Positions 45,339 through 54,854 of a DNA stretch of 64,000 bases are shown here, one piece after another (within the stretch, counting starts at the first letter, position 1; each line of letters begins with the position of its first letter). The notes under the pieces were generated by a model that saw only the letters and a list, made by a program, of their open reading frames with translations, was not told the origin of the DNA and searched no databases. A program made the position numbers and the translations under genes. Source of the stretch: Candidatus Multivoradales bacterium (lineage in GTDB: Bacteria; Acidobacteriota; Thermoanaerobaculia; Multivoradales; JAHEKO01); contig CBDCXM010000009.1 in assembly GCA_965223855.1 (NCBI GenBank), positions 896,001 through 960,000 of the forward strand, in the 5' to 3' direction.

Positions 45339-46039
45339 GCCGCCAGGTCCTCGGCGAATCGATAGCCGACGCCCCACACCGTCTGGATGTAGCGCGGCTG
45401 CCCCGGGTCGGGCTCGAGCTTCCCGCGCAGCCGGTTGATGTGCGAGTTGACGGTGTGCTCGTAGCCGTCGTGGCCGTACCCCCACACCTCGTCGAGCAGC
45501 TGGCTGCGGGTGAAGACGTGGCCCGGATGACGTGCGAAGAACAGCAGGAGATCGAACTCCCTGGCGGTCAGGTGCAGCTCGCGCTCGGCGACGGTGACGG
45601 TCCGCCGGGTGCGATCGATCGACAGGTCGCCCACGGTCACCGTCTCGATCGCCTCCTCGCTCGCGGCCGGGGAGGCGTCGATGCGTCGGAACGCCGCCTT
45701 CACCCGGGCGACCAGCTCCAGCACGCTGAACGGCTTGGTGAGGTAGTCGTCTGCACCGACCTCGAGGCCGAGCACCCGGTCGAGCTCGGTCGCCTTGGCG
45801 GTGAGCATCAGGACGTAGGTCTCGGGCGCCTCGGCGCGCAGGCGTCTCGCCACCTCGAGCCCGTCGATCCCGGGCAGCATCAGGTCGAGAACGACGAGGT
45901 CGTAGCGGGATTGACGGGTGCGTTCCAGAGCGGCGAGCCCGTCGGCGGCCCAGTCGCACTCGAGCGGCAGGCTGCCGAGATGCAGCGCCACCAGGTCGGC
46001 GATGTCGCGGTCGTCCTCCACGATCAGTACCCGTCTCAC
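45335..46039 (-). CDS. OmpR-family response regulator
   Basis: 'LIVEDD', 'LDLMLPG', 'GADDYLTKPF', 'TVNSHINRLRGKLE', 'TVWGVGY'; GGAGG before GTG 46039. Confidence 0.95.
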   Translation of the reverse strand: MRRVLIVEDDRDIADLVALHLGSLPLECDWAADGLAALERTRQSRYDLVVLDLMLPGIDGLEVARRLRAEAPETYVLMLTAKATELDRVLGLEVGADDYLTKPFSVLELVARVKAAFRRIDASPAASEEAIETVTVGDLSIDRTRRTVTVAERELHLTAREFDLLLFFARHPGHVFTRSQLLDEVWGYGHDGYEHTVNSHINRLRGKLEPDPGQPRYIQTVWGVGYRFAEDLAA

Positions 46040-46074
46040 GTCGTTGCCTCCATGCGCACCGTAGCGACGGGAGT

Positions 46075-46090
46075 TCACGAAACCATCACG
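46075..46090. promoter_or_regulatory. TCACG-N6-TCACG box upstream of the response regulator (putative autoregulation)
   Basis: TCACG at 46075 and 46086; same motif and orientation as upstream of spondin. Confidence 0.65.
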
Positions 46091-46215
46091 CCCGAGCGCC
46101 ACTGCCGCCGAAGCTACGGTTGCGGCCCAGGCGCGGTTCAAGCAGGCAAAGCTCGCTCCCACGATAGGCTGCGCCCTTCGCGGAACCTCTTCCGTGGCGC
46201 AACGTAGGGGACCTC

Positions 46216-49200
46216 ATGAGAATCCAGACCGGTCGGCCCGTTCTTCGCTTCCTTCTGCCCGCCCTCGCACTCCTCCTCGCCGTCCTGCCGGCAGCTGCCG
46301 ACGAGGGCGACGGTGTCGGAAGACTCCTGCGCTATCCGTCGATCCACGGCGACTTCGTCGTCTTCGTCTACGCCGGCGACCTGTGGCGGGCGCCGACCGC
46401 CGGCGGGCGCGCCTATCGCCTGACGAGCCACGACGGAGTGGAGCTGACGCCGAGGATCTCTCCCGACGGGGAGTGGGTCGCCTACAGCGCCGAGTACACC
46501 GGCAGCCGGCAGGTCTACGTCATGCCCTCCTCCGGCGGCGCGCCCCGTCAGCTCACCTTCTACAACGACGTCGGCGTCATGCCTCCGCGCGGCGGTTTCG
46601 ACTACTGGATTCAGGGGTGGAGCGCCGACGGCCGGATCCTCGTGCGCATGAACCGCACGCCGTGGGGGCAGCGACCCGGGCGTTACTTCCTCGTCGATCC
46701 CGACGGCGGGCTTGAGCAGCCGCTACCGGTTCCGGTCGGTGGCAGCGCGTCGCTCTCCCCCGCCGGCGATCGTCTCGCCTACACCTATTTCGATCGCGAG
46801 TTCCGCACCTGGAAGCGTTACCTCGGCGGCCGCAATCAGGACATCTGGACCCTCGATCTCACCACCCTCGAGTCCGAGCGCCTCACCGACTGGGACGGAT
46901 CGGACAACTTCCCGTTGTGGCACGGCGAGACGATCTACTTCACCTCCGATCGCGAAGGGACGCTCAATCTCTTCGCCCATGACCTCGCCGGCGGCAGTCA
47001 GACGAAGGTCACCGACTTCGACGAGTACGACGTCCTGTGGCCGAGCCTCGGTCCCGAGTCGATCGTGTTCATGAACGGCGGCTGGCTCTACCGTCACGAC
47101 CTCGCGAGCGGCGAGACGCGGCGCCTCGAGATCGAGCTCAGCGGCGACCTGCCGGGAGCCGCACCGCGCTGGGAGGACACCAGCGACAACATCGCCGCGG
47201 CCGATCCGTCACCCGACGGCAAGCGGGCGGTGTTCGAGGCCCGCGGCGACCTCTACACGGTGCCGGCGAGCGACGGCGCAACGCGCGCCCTGACCGCCAC
47301 CTCCGGAGTGCGCGAGAGCTCGCCCGCGTGGTCGCCCGACGGCGCCTGGATCGCCCACTACTCCGACGCCAGCGGCGAGATGGAGCTCTATCTGCGCCCG
47401 CAGGACGGTCGGGGCGAGGTCCGGCAGATCACCGACGGCACGTCGGTATGGCGTTATCCGCCGGTGTGGAGCCCCGACTCGTCGCGACTCGCCTTCGGCG
47501 ACTCCGACCATCACCTCTGGGTTCTCGACGTCGATTCGGGCGATCTGACGAAGGTCGATACCGACACCCAGGGCGACATCGACACCTATCGCTGGTCGCC
47601 CGACAGCGCCTGGGTCGCGTACGAGAAGAGCCATCCCGAGACCCGGCTGCCGAGCCTGGCGGTCTACTCGATCGAGACGGACCGCGCAACGCTCCTCGGC
47701 TCCGGGCTGACCTTCGACTTCGATCCGACCTTCAGTGCCGACGGGCAGTACCTCTTCTTCCTCTCGAATCGCGACTACAACCTCAACTTCTCCGATTTCG
47801 AGTTCAACTACGTCTACGACAACGCGACCCGGATCTTCGCCGCCGCGCTCGACCCGGAGGCGCCGGCACTCTTCCCGCTCGAGACCGACGAAGTGGCGAT
47901 CGAGACCGAAGATGAAGGCGATGACGAAGGGGAAGACGACGAAGGCGAGGACGACACCGCCACGACCGTCGAGGCCGCCGGCTTCGTCGAGCGCACCGTC
48001 GCCCTGCCCGGCATCGAGTCCGGCAACTACGGCGCCCTGTCGGCGGTCGAAGGCGGCCTTCTCTTCCTGACATTCCCCGACGCCGGCGCGCCGGCGTTGA
48101 TGAAGTACGACCTCGCCGGCCGCGAGGCGAGTGAGGTGGCGAGCGGGGTCGGCAGCTACGTGCTGGCGGCGCGCGGCGACAAACTGCTGCTGCAACAGGG
48201 GGGCTCCTGGAAGCTGGCGTCGGCGGACTCGGGGGACGGCGACGACCTCGATCTGTCCGGTCTCAGGGTCAAGCTCGATCCGCGGGCCGAGTGGCGCCAG
48301 ATGTACGACGAGGCCTGGCGTATCGGCCGCGACTGGTTCTACGACGAAGCGATGCACGGCGTCGACTGGGCGGCGCTCGGCGAGCGCTATCGGGCGCTCC
48401 TCCCCTGGGTCGCCGATCGCTCCGACCTCGACTTCCTGCTGAGCGAGCTGGTCTCCGAGCTCGAAGCGGGCCACGCCTACGTCCAGCGCGGCGAGGAGGC
48501 TCGCATCGAGCGCGTCGAAGGGGGCATGCTGGGAGCCGAGTTCGAAGCCGACGCGTCGGGCCGCTACCGCATCGCCCGCATCTACCCGGGCGAGAACTGG
48601 GACGACGCCTGGCGCTCGCCGCTCACCGAGCCGGGGGTCGACGTCGCCGAGGGAGAGTTCCTGCTGGCGATCGACGGCCGCGAGCTGACGACCGCCGACA
48701 ACCCCTACGAATGGCTCGAAGGCAAGGGCGACCGGCAGGTCGAGCTGACGGTCGGCACCAGCCCCGACCCGGAGGAGGGCCGCCGGGTGCGCGTTCACAC
48801 GATCACCAGCGAGGGCAACCTGCGCTACCTCGACTGGGTGACCTCGCGCGCCGCCCTGGTGGAGGAGCTCTCCGACGGCCGGATCGGCTATCTCCACCTG
48901 CCCAACACGGCCGGCGCGGGAAACCGGGCGCTCCAGAAGTATTTCTACAGCCAGGCGAGCAAGCCGGGACTGATCGTCGACGACCGCTACAACGGTGGCG
49001 GCTTCATCCCCGACCGGATGATCGAGATGCTCTCGCGCACGACCCTCTCCTATTGGGCCCGTCGAGGCATCGAGTCGTTCGCTACGCCCGGTTTCGCTCA
49101 TGACGGGCCGAAGGCGATGCTGATCAACGGCTACGCCGCATCGGGCGGCGATGCGCTCCCCTACTACTTCCGCCAGGCGGGCCTCGGACCGCTGATCGGT

Positions 49201-49482
49201 ACTCGCACCTGGGGCGGGCTGATCGGTATCTCGGGCAACCCGATGCTGGTCGACGGCGGGGGCGTTCTCTACCCGACGTTCCGCTTCTACGGCACGGACG
49301 GCGAATGGGACGTCGAGAACGTCGGCGTCGCCCCTGACGTCGAGGTCTGGGACCTGCCGGGTCCGATCTCCGAGGGCGGCGATCCGTCGATCGAGAAGGC
49401 GGTCGAGATGCTTCTCGAAGAGCTCGGGGACTACGAAGGCCGGCCGGAGACGCCTCAGCCGCCGGACATGAGCGATGACTGA
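46216..49482 (+). CDS. Tricorn protease homolog (S41 family, PD40 propellers + PDZ)
   Basis: 'LLRYPSI..VFVYAGDLW'; WSPD repeats; 'ELEAGHAY', 'DDRYNGGG', 'ASGGD', 'GTRTWGG', 'ENVGVAPD'. Confidence 0.95.
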   Translation: MRIQTGRPVLRFLLPALALLLAVLPAAADEGDGVGRLLRYPSIHGDFVVFVYAGDLWRAPTAGGRAYRLTSHDGVELTPRISPDGEWVAYSAEYTGSRQVYVMPSSGGAPRQLTFYNDVGVMPPRGGFDYWIQGWSADGRILVRMNRTPWGQRPGRYFLVDPDGGLEQPLPVPVGGSASLSPAGDRLAYTYFDREFRTWKRYLGGRNQDIWTLDLTTLESERLTDWDGSDNFPLWHGETIYFTSDREGTLNLFAHDLAGGSQTKVTDFDEYDVLWPSLGPESIVFMNGGWLYRHDLASGETRRLEIELSGDLPGAAPRWEDTSDNIAAADPSPDGKRAVFEARGDLYTVPASDGATRALTATSGVRESSPAWSPDGAWIAHYSDASGEMELYLRPQDGRGEVRQITDGTSVWRYPPVWSPDSSRLAFGDSDHHLWVLDVDSGDLTKVDTDTQGDIDTYRWSPDSAWVAYEKSHPETRLPSLAVYSIETDRATLLGSGLTFDFDPTFSADGQYLFFLSNRDYNLNFSDFEFNYVYDNATRIFAAALDPEAPALFPLETDEVAIETEDEGDDEGEDDEGEDDTATTVEAAGFVERTVALPGIESGNYGALSAVEGGLLFLTFPDAGAPALMKYDLAGREASEVASGVGSYVLAARGDKLLLQQGGSWKLASADSGDGDDLDLSGLRVKLDPRAEWRQMYDEAWRIGRDWFYDEAMHGVDWAALGERYRALLPWVADRSDLDFLLSELVSELEAGHAYVQRGEEARIERVEGGMLGAEFEADASGRYRIARIYPGENWDDAWRSPLTEPGVDVAEGEFLLAIDGRELTTADNPYEWLEGKGDRQVELTVGTSPDPEEGRRVRVHTITSEGNLRYLDWVTSRAALVEELSDGRIGYLHLPNTAGAGNRALQKYFYSQASKPGLIVDDRYNGGGFIPDRMIEMLSRTTLSYWARRGIESFATPGFAHDGPKAMLINGYAASGGDALPYYFRQAGLGPLIGTRTWGGLIGISGNPMLVDGGGVLYPTFRFYGTDGEWDVENVGVAPDVEVWDLPGPISEGGDPSIEKAVEMLLEELGDYEGRPETPQPPDMSDD

Positions 49483-49807
49483 CGGCGTCGTCTCCCGGGT
49501 CGGGCTGTCACGCCGCGGCTGGGTCGTTCTCGTCGCGCTCGCGTTGCTGCCGGTCGCGGTGTCGTGGCTCAACGTCGCTCTGGCCGGTGATCCGGTCGCC
49601 GCGGCGCGCTCAGCGCTCACGAGCGAGGGGGGCGACGAGGCGACCCTGGTGGGTCTGTCGCTCGATCAGCGCTACGCGTTTCTCTGGGGTCGGGGCGAGG
49701 CGAGGTTCGCGACCGCGCCGTCCCCGGGAGAGGCGATCGTGGTCGAACTGCGTCGCGCCGCCTTCGGCCCCTGGCGCGCCGTCGGCGCCCGGCGTTCGCC
49801 GGCGTGA
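49475..49807 (+). CDS. Small hypothetical membrane-anchored protein
   Basis: Overlaps the tricorn stop by 8 nt; N-terminal TM; fills the gap to the convergent gene. Confidence 0.5.
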   Translation: MTDGVVSRVGLSRRGWVVLVALALLPVAVSWLNVALAGDPVAAARSALTSEGGDEATLVGLSLDQRYAFLWGRGEARFATAPSPGEAIVVELRRAAFGPWRAVGARRSPA

Positions 49808-49814
49808 GCGCGAC

Positions 49815-51848
49815 TCAGTCGCCGACCTGGAGGAACTGGACCTCGTAGTCGATCGGGATCGTCGCTTCGGTCTCGATCGCGAGCCGGTACCAGCCGGCCT
49901 CTTCCATTCGATGGGGGCCGAGGTCGGAGCCCTGCCTGAAGACCTCGTTGCCGTCGGCATCGAACAGGGTGAAGGTCGCCGGGCGCGACATGAAGACGAT
50001 GTCGAAGTAGATGTAACCGGGTCGGCGCACCTCGAGGTCGTAGACCACCATGTCCTCGGGTTCGAGCCTGCCGCCGCGCGCGCGTCCGAAGGCGATCTCG
50101 CCGCCGGAGTAGACCCGCCCCCCTTCGCGCACCGTCAGGGGGAGCGTCGGAAGGTCGCTCGGGGTGGTGCCGAGGCCGGCCCGCTCCCGGGTGTCGTCGG
50201 AGACGATCTCGGCACCGTCGGGAACGCTCAACACTTCGGGCTCCTGCTGACGACCGCGGTCGGGGCGGGCGCTCGCGGCGGGACTGCCGGTCGCCGGTAC
50301 CGAGGGTGCCTGGGTGGCGCTGGCGAGGGGCTCGCCGGAGAAGGTCTCGGGCTCGACGGCTGCCTCGGCCTCTGCCCCCGGCTCTTCCGTGACCGGGAGC
50401 GCCGTCTCGGCGATCGCCGCTTCCGGTTGCGGTTCCTGCCCGGGCTCTTCGACGGCGGGCGTCGATAGCCCTGTGGACGGGTCTTCCTCGTCCACCGTAG
50501 CCGGAGCCTCGATCGGCGCGCTCTCGGCGGCCTCCTCGGCGCCGAAGAGCGCCAGCACGTCGTCGAACTCCTGTGCCTGCCACCAGCGCCATCCGAGCCA
50601 CGCGGCGGTGACGCCGAGGGCGAGCATCACCAGCGCGATCGTCGCCGCGACGAGCAGTCCCTTGCGGGCACCGCCGCCGGATGTTGCCGGCGTCGCTGCA
50701 GCGGGGGTGGCCACCGGAGGTGGTGGCGGCTCCGCCGTCGCGCCGTCGCCGGGGGTGGTTGCCGGAATCGGAGGTTGCGGCACGGAGTCTGTCGGCACGG
50801 GGTCCTCCGACACGGGGTCCTCCGACACGGGGTCTTCCGACACCGGGTTTTCAGAAACAGGGCTTTCCGACAGCACGGTCGGCTCGCTCGGCGTCTCGGA
50901 CGGCGGCTCGCTGACGACGGTGCCCGCGAGCACCGGTTCAGTAGCGGCCTGAGCGGCGGTCGAGCGTGCCAGCATCGGCCGCGTGGTCGGATCGGGGACA
51001 GGGTCGGGAGCGATGCCGAGCAGGCTCTGACGGCAGGCCTCGATCAACGCCTCGGCGCTCGGGTAGCGCTGCCCCGGCTCGAACGCCATCGCCTTGAGCA
51101 CGACTCCCTGGAGGGCGTCGGGGATGTCGGCGGTGAAGTCGCGCGGCGGCGGCACCGGGTCGTGCACCACCTTGTGAAGCACGGCGAGCGGTGTGTCGGC
51201 AGCGAACGGCGCGTGCGCGGTCAGCATCTCGTAGAGCACCACTCCGACGGCGTAGAGGTCGGAGGCCGGCGTCGCGCTCTCGCGGCCCATCACCGTCTCC
51301 GGTGCCATGTAGGCGGGCGTCCCGATCTCCGCACCGGCGGCAGTCAGCGCCGGGTCGCCCGAGTCGACGATCTTGGCGATGCCGAAGTCGGTGAGGATCA
51401 CCGAGCCGTCGGTGCCGAGCATCACATTGTCCGGCTTGACGTCGCGGTGCAGCACTCCCTGCTGGTGGGCGTAGCCGAGGCCGGCCGTCAGCTGCTCGAC
51501 GATGCGGATCGCCTCGGAAAACGGGCGGATCGGGCCGTCCCGCTTGATGCGTGCCTTGAGGTCCTCCCCTTCGACGAACTCCATCACCATGTAGAAGAGG
51601 TCCTCGTGACGCCCGAAGTCGTGCATCTGAACGATGTTCGGGTGGCGCAGTCCCGCCACGGCGCGTGCCTCGCGCTGGAAGCGCTCGTCGAAGTTCTTCG
51701 AGCCCGACAGATCGGGTCGGATGACCTTGATCGCGCGGTGGACCGCGAGTCCGGGGTGGAACGCCTTGTAGACGTTGGCCATCCCTCCGCGGCCGAGCTT
51801 CTCGAGAATCTCGTAGTTGCCCAGCGTGATGCCGCTCAGATCCTGCAT
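49815..51848 (-). CDS. Hanks-type Ser/Thr protein kinase with TM and C-terminal extracytoplasmic (PPC-like) domain
   Basis: 'LGRGGMANVY', 'AIKVI', 'HRDVKPDN', 'DFGIAK', 'GTPAYMAPE', 'SDLYAVG'; Pro-rich linker; single TM. Confidence 0.95.
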   Translation of the reverse strand: MQDLSGITLGNYEILEKLGRGGMANVYKAFHPGLAVHRAIKVIRPDLSGSKNFDERFQREARAVAGLRHPNIVQMHDFGRHEDLFYMVMEFVEGEDLKARIKRDGPIRPFSEAIRIVEQLTAGLGYAHQQGVLHRDVKPDNVMLGTDGSVILTDFGIAKIVDSGDPALTAAGAEIGTPAYMAPETVMGRESATPASDLYAVGVVLYEMLTAHAPFAADTPLAVLHKVVHDPVPPPRDFTADIPDALQGVVLKAMAFEPGQRYPSAEALIEACRQSLLGIAPDPVPDPTTRPMLARSTAAQAATEPVLAGTVVSEPPSETPSEPTVLSESPVSENPVSEDPVSEDPVSEDPVPTDSVPQPPIPATTPGDGATAEPPPPPVATPAAATPATSGGGARKGLLVAATIALVMLALGVTAAWLGWRWWQAQEFDDVLALFGAEEAAESAPIEAPATVDEEDPSTGLSTPAVEEPGQEPQPEAAIAETALPVTEEPGAEAEAAVEPETFSGEPLASATQAPSVPATGSPAASARPDRGRQQEPEVLSVPDGAEIVSDDTRERAGLGTTPSDLPTLPLTVREGGRVYSGGEIAFGRARGGRLEPEDMVVYDLEVRRPGYIYFDIVFMSRPATFTLFDADGNEVFRQGSDLGPHRMEEAGWYRLAIETEATIPIDYEVQFLQVGD
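50796..50870. repeat. Five 15-bp tandem repeats encoding (PVSED)n in the kinase linker
   Basis: cacggggtcctccga x2, cacggggtcttccga, caccgggttttcaga, aacagggctttccga. Confidence 0.9.
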
Positions 51849-51920
51849 AGCCTCGGGTCCTTCATGGTCGTCCATTGATGACGCGTGTGCGGACTTGATT
51901 GTAGCGAGCGGCCGGAGGCG

Positions 51921-52148
51921 TCACGCCTTCGTGCTGCTCCCCGGAGCGGGCCGGTGCATCAGCAGGATGTTGGTGGCGCCGCATTCGGGGCAGACGAGAT
52001 GACGCTCGAAACGCTCGCCGTCGGCCGGGTCGGCGACATCGCGCACCTCAAGGAACCCGTCCTCGTTCTTCGGGCAGCGCACCTTCGCCTCGGGGTCCTC
52101 GGCGAGAACCTTGGCGGCTTCGATCCAGCGCAGGGTCTCCGGTTTCAC
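51921..52148 (-). CDS. Small Cys-containing zinc-ribbon-like protein (putative immunity protein)
   Basis: 'VRCPKN..LVCPECGATN'; GTGA overlap with the upstream gene; AAGGA RBS. Confidence 0.65.
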   Translation of the reverse strand: MKPETLRWIEAAKVLAEDPEAKVRCPKNEDGFLEVRDVADPADGERFERHLVCPECGATNILLMHRPAPGSSTKA

Positions 52149-52603
52149 AGTTCCTTCACCGCCCTTTCCGCAAAGTCGAACGTGGCCTGGGTCTCCTGCT
52201 GCGCGAGTTCGCCGCCGACACCCGAAGCGGCCTCGCTCGTCTTCAGGCGATAGAGCTCGTGAAGCACGGTCTTCTTCGGCTCTTCTTCGTTGCGGAACGC
52301 TTCGCGACCCATGAGGAAGCCATTCTCCCCGAAAAGGGTCATGCCTGATGCGGGGAGGCCCGGCTCGTATTGAATGATTCGCCCGTCGATCTCGACGATC
52401 AGGACCTCGCCCGCTTCGTGAGCGGCGCGGATCTGCTCGAACTCGGGAGACTCGAGGATGGTGCGTGCCTCGTCGATGACGGCGAGTTCGATCTCGGAGA
52501 AGTCGCCGCCTCCGTCGTCACCGCCCCCATCGTCACCGGCTCCGCCGTCGCCGGCGAGCCAGTCCGGAGACTCGATCTTCGGCAGCTCTTCTGGTCCCCC
52601 CAA
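52145..52603 (-). CDS. Orphan polymorphic-toxin C-terminal-like domain with HELYR motif
   Basis: GAGGAG before TTG; Gly/Asp linker, then globular domain 'GMTLFGENGF..KTVLHELYRL'. Confidence 0.55.
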   Translation of the reverse strand: MGGPEELPKIESPDWLAGDGGAGDDGGGDDGGGDFSEIELAVIDEARTILESPEFEQIRAAHEAGEVLIVEIDGRIIQYEPGLPASGMTLFGENGFLMGREAFRNEEEPKKTVLHELYRLKTSEAASGVGGELAQQETQATFDFAERAVKEL

Positions 52604-52655
52604 ACGGGGTCTCCTCGAGAGTTGTGGGACTCTCGGGGAAGGCTAGCAGAGGGTG

Positions 52656-53555
52656 TCAGGCGCGGTTGCGGATCCGGTAACGGAGCGCCAGACGCAGGTT
52701 GACGAACGACTCGAAACCGGCATCGCGCCCCGGGGGCCGTGCGACTTCGAGAGGGGTGAAGAAGAGCTCGGCCGCCGCCCGCCACCGGTCTCCCGCACGG
52801 GTGGTGACGCCGAGAGCCGCCGAGTAGGTGGTCCCGGACGCCGACAGGGTGCTGCGATCGACCAGTCCCCGGTACTCGGCGCGCACCTGGAAGTCGAGAT
52901 CGAGACGGTGAAGGGCGAGGGCGAGGTAGGGGGCGAGCCGGCGATCCGGCGTTGAGCGGCGCGACACCGTCGTCTCGAAGCTCAGGCTCTCGAGGTCCAT
53001 CGTGTCCGCAGACGGTGTCTCGCAGCCGAACTCGTTGGGGCCTTCGGCGATCTCCCGCGCCGAGCAGGTGATGTCGCCGTCGAACCGGCCGCGTTGCGCC
53101 ACGAGGCGGAAGGCGACCGGGAAGGCGCGCTGACGAAACGCCGCGCGACCGACGGCAAGCGCCACCAGCTCGGGCTCGATCCCGGAGATGTCGACCGGCG
53201 GCAGATAGCTCCCTTCGAGGCTCCACCCGCCGGGAAGGCCGACCGCGATCCGCGGGCGGCCGAAGACCGAAGTGCGATCGAAATCCTCCTCTTTGGTGCC
53301 GTCGAAACCGACCGTGCGCTCGGCCGCGGAGAGGGACGGCACCGAGTCGAGCTCGATCGCCAGCTCGACTGCGCCGGGAGGGAGCGGCTCACCGTCGTCG
53401 AGGCCGGTGAGCAGTCCGAGGCTGGCGGCGTACTGCATCGCCCACGACTCCGGGCGCTCGAAAGCAAGCGCCTCGTGGCCGGCGAGTACGACCTGTGCCG
53501 AGGCCGGCGAAGGCAGCAGGGCGCAGGCGACAAGAGCGAGCGTTCGCAGCCTCAC
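52656..53555 (-). CDS. Exported hypothetical protein, probable outer-membrane beta-barrel
   Basis: Signal peptide; alternating beta-strand patterns; C-terminal 'NLRLALRYRI'. Confidence 0.65.
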   Translation of the reverse strand: MRLRTLALVACALLPSPASAQVVLAGHEALAFERPESWAMQYAASLGLLTGLDDGEPLPPGAVELAIELDSVPSLSAAERTVGFDGTKEEDFDRTSVFGRPRIAVGLPGGWSLEGSYLPPVDISGIEPELVALAVGRAAFRQRAFPVAFRLVAQRGRFDGDITCSAREIAEGPNEFGCETPSADTMDLESLSFETTVSRRSTPDRRLAPYLALALHRLDLDFQVRAEYRGLVDRSTLSASGTTYSAALGVTTRAGDRWRAAAELFFTPLEVARPPGRDAGFESFVNLRLALRYRIRNRA

Positions 53556-54172
53556 GGTGTCGTGCGCGTGAGGGCGACGAAGCGCACCCGGTCGCTCGCT
53601 TCGAGTCGTTCGATGGCCGCCTCAGCCGTTTCCGACGGCAGCTTTAGCCGGTAGAGACCGAGGTCGTCGGGGCCGTCGATGATCTGCGCCTCGGCGTCGG
53701 TCAGCAGGCGGCGGATCTCCGCCTCGGTCGTCTGCTCGCTGAAGAGAATGTGCGCCACCCGCTCGCCGGGCGGCGTCTGCGCCGGTGCGTCGGAGAGGGT
53801 ACGGAAGGTCGGTTCGTGTGACGGTTCTTCGAGCGCCGGGCGCTGAGGCGCCAGCAGCCACGCCGCGCCGAGCGCCAGCAGCATGGTGGCGGCGGCGGCC
53901 AGCGGAGCCCATCGCGACGGATCCGCTCGTTGTCGCGAGGCTTCAGGGCCTTCGACGGCCATGCGCAGAGCGCGGACGCCGGACTCGACATCGAAGCCGG
54001 GGATGGGGGTCTGCTCGACCGCATCCTGAATCTCCTCGAGGTCCCTCAGCGCGCTGCGACAGGTGACGCAGGTGGCGGCGTGAGCGCGCATGTCCCTGGC
54101 CTCCTCGGGTTGCAGCGTGCCGTTGAGGTACCAGGGCAGCAGCGGCTCCCATCGTTCGTGGTGTGTCGTCAT
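53552..54172 (-). CDS. zf-HC2 anti-sigma factor with TM and periplasmic domain
   Basis: 'LLPWYLNGTL..HAATCVTCR' (HxxxCxxC); one TM; 'FRTLS', 'IIDGP..GLYRL'. Confidence 0.88.
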   Translation of the reverse strand: MTTHHERWEPLLPWYLNGTLQPEEARDMRAHAATCVTCRSALRDLEEIQDAVEQTPIPGFDVESGVRALRMAVEGPEASRQRADPSRWAPLAAAATMLLALGAAWLLAPQRPALEEPSHEPTFRTLSDAPAQTPPGERVAHILFSEQTTEAEIRRLLTDAEAQIIDGPDDLGLYRLKLPSETAEAAIERLEASDRVRFVALTRTTP

Positions 54173-54179
54173 CGCGGGT

Positions 54180-54794
54180 CTAACTCCTCGGGTCCGTGGG
54201 CTCCTCGGGCGCGTGGGCTCCTCGGGCGCGCGTTGTTGCGGGCTCTTCGGCGCCACTCGCCTCGCGCGGCAGCAGGTCGCGGAGCCTGCGTCGGGCGTGG
54301 AACATCCGGGTCTTGACGGTGTTCTCGGGGCAGCCGACGATCTCGGCGATCTCGGCGTAGGAGTGGCCGAAGTAGTAGGTGAGTTCGACGACGGCGCGGT
54401 GCTCGGGGCTCAGCCGGCCGAGCGCGGCGAAGACTGCATGGCGCCGCTCCCGCTCCTCGACCCGTCGCTCGGGTCCGCCGTGCTCGACCTGATGGTCGGC
54501 TTCGACCTCGACCAGTGTCGGGGCCTTCGAGAGCTTGCCTACCGCGGAGAGGGCCTTGCGATAGGCGATGCCGAGGATCCAGGTCGACGGCTTCGATCGA
54601 CCGGCAAAGGTTCCCGCCTTCTGCCAGACGACGATCATGACGTCGTTCACCAGTTCCTCGACGATGCCGTGCCGTCCGACCATGCGATAGAGGAACGCGG
54701 TGACCGGTCCGTGGTAGCGCCGGTACAGCTCCTCCAGCGCCGCCCGGTTGCCGGCGGCGACGGAGCTGAGAAGCGCGCTGTCGGAGACTTCCAT
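54180..54794 (-). CDS. ECF sigma-70 factor
   Basis: 'ALEELYRRY', 'STWILGIAYRK', 'SYAEIAEIVGCPENTVKTRMFHARRRL'. Confidence 0.95.
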   Translation of the reverse strand: MEVSDSALLSSVAAGNRAALEELYRRYHGPVTAFLYRMVGRHGIVEELVNDVMIVVWQKAGTFAGRSKPSTWILGIAYRKALSAVGKLSKAPTLVEVEADHQVEHGGPERRVEERERRHAVFAALGRLSPEHRAVVELTYYFGHSYAEIAEIVGCPENTVKTRMFHARRRLRDLLPREASGAEEPATTRARGAHAPEEPTDPRS

Positions 54795-54825
54795 CGCTGG
54801 TTTCAGGGGGTCTGGTTCCCGGAGG

Positions 54826-54854
54826 TGAGTCTTCCAGGCGGTCGTAGCGGTTCA
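54826..54854 (-). promoter_or_regulatory. ECF-type promoter TGAACC-N17-GACTCA upstream of the ECF gene
   Basis: Read directly; an identical -35/-10 pair recurs at 55388-55416. Confidence 0.75.
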
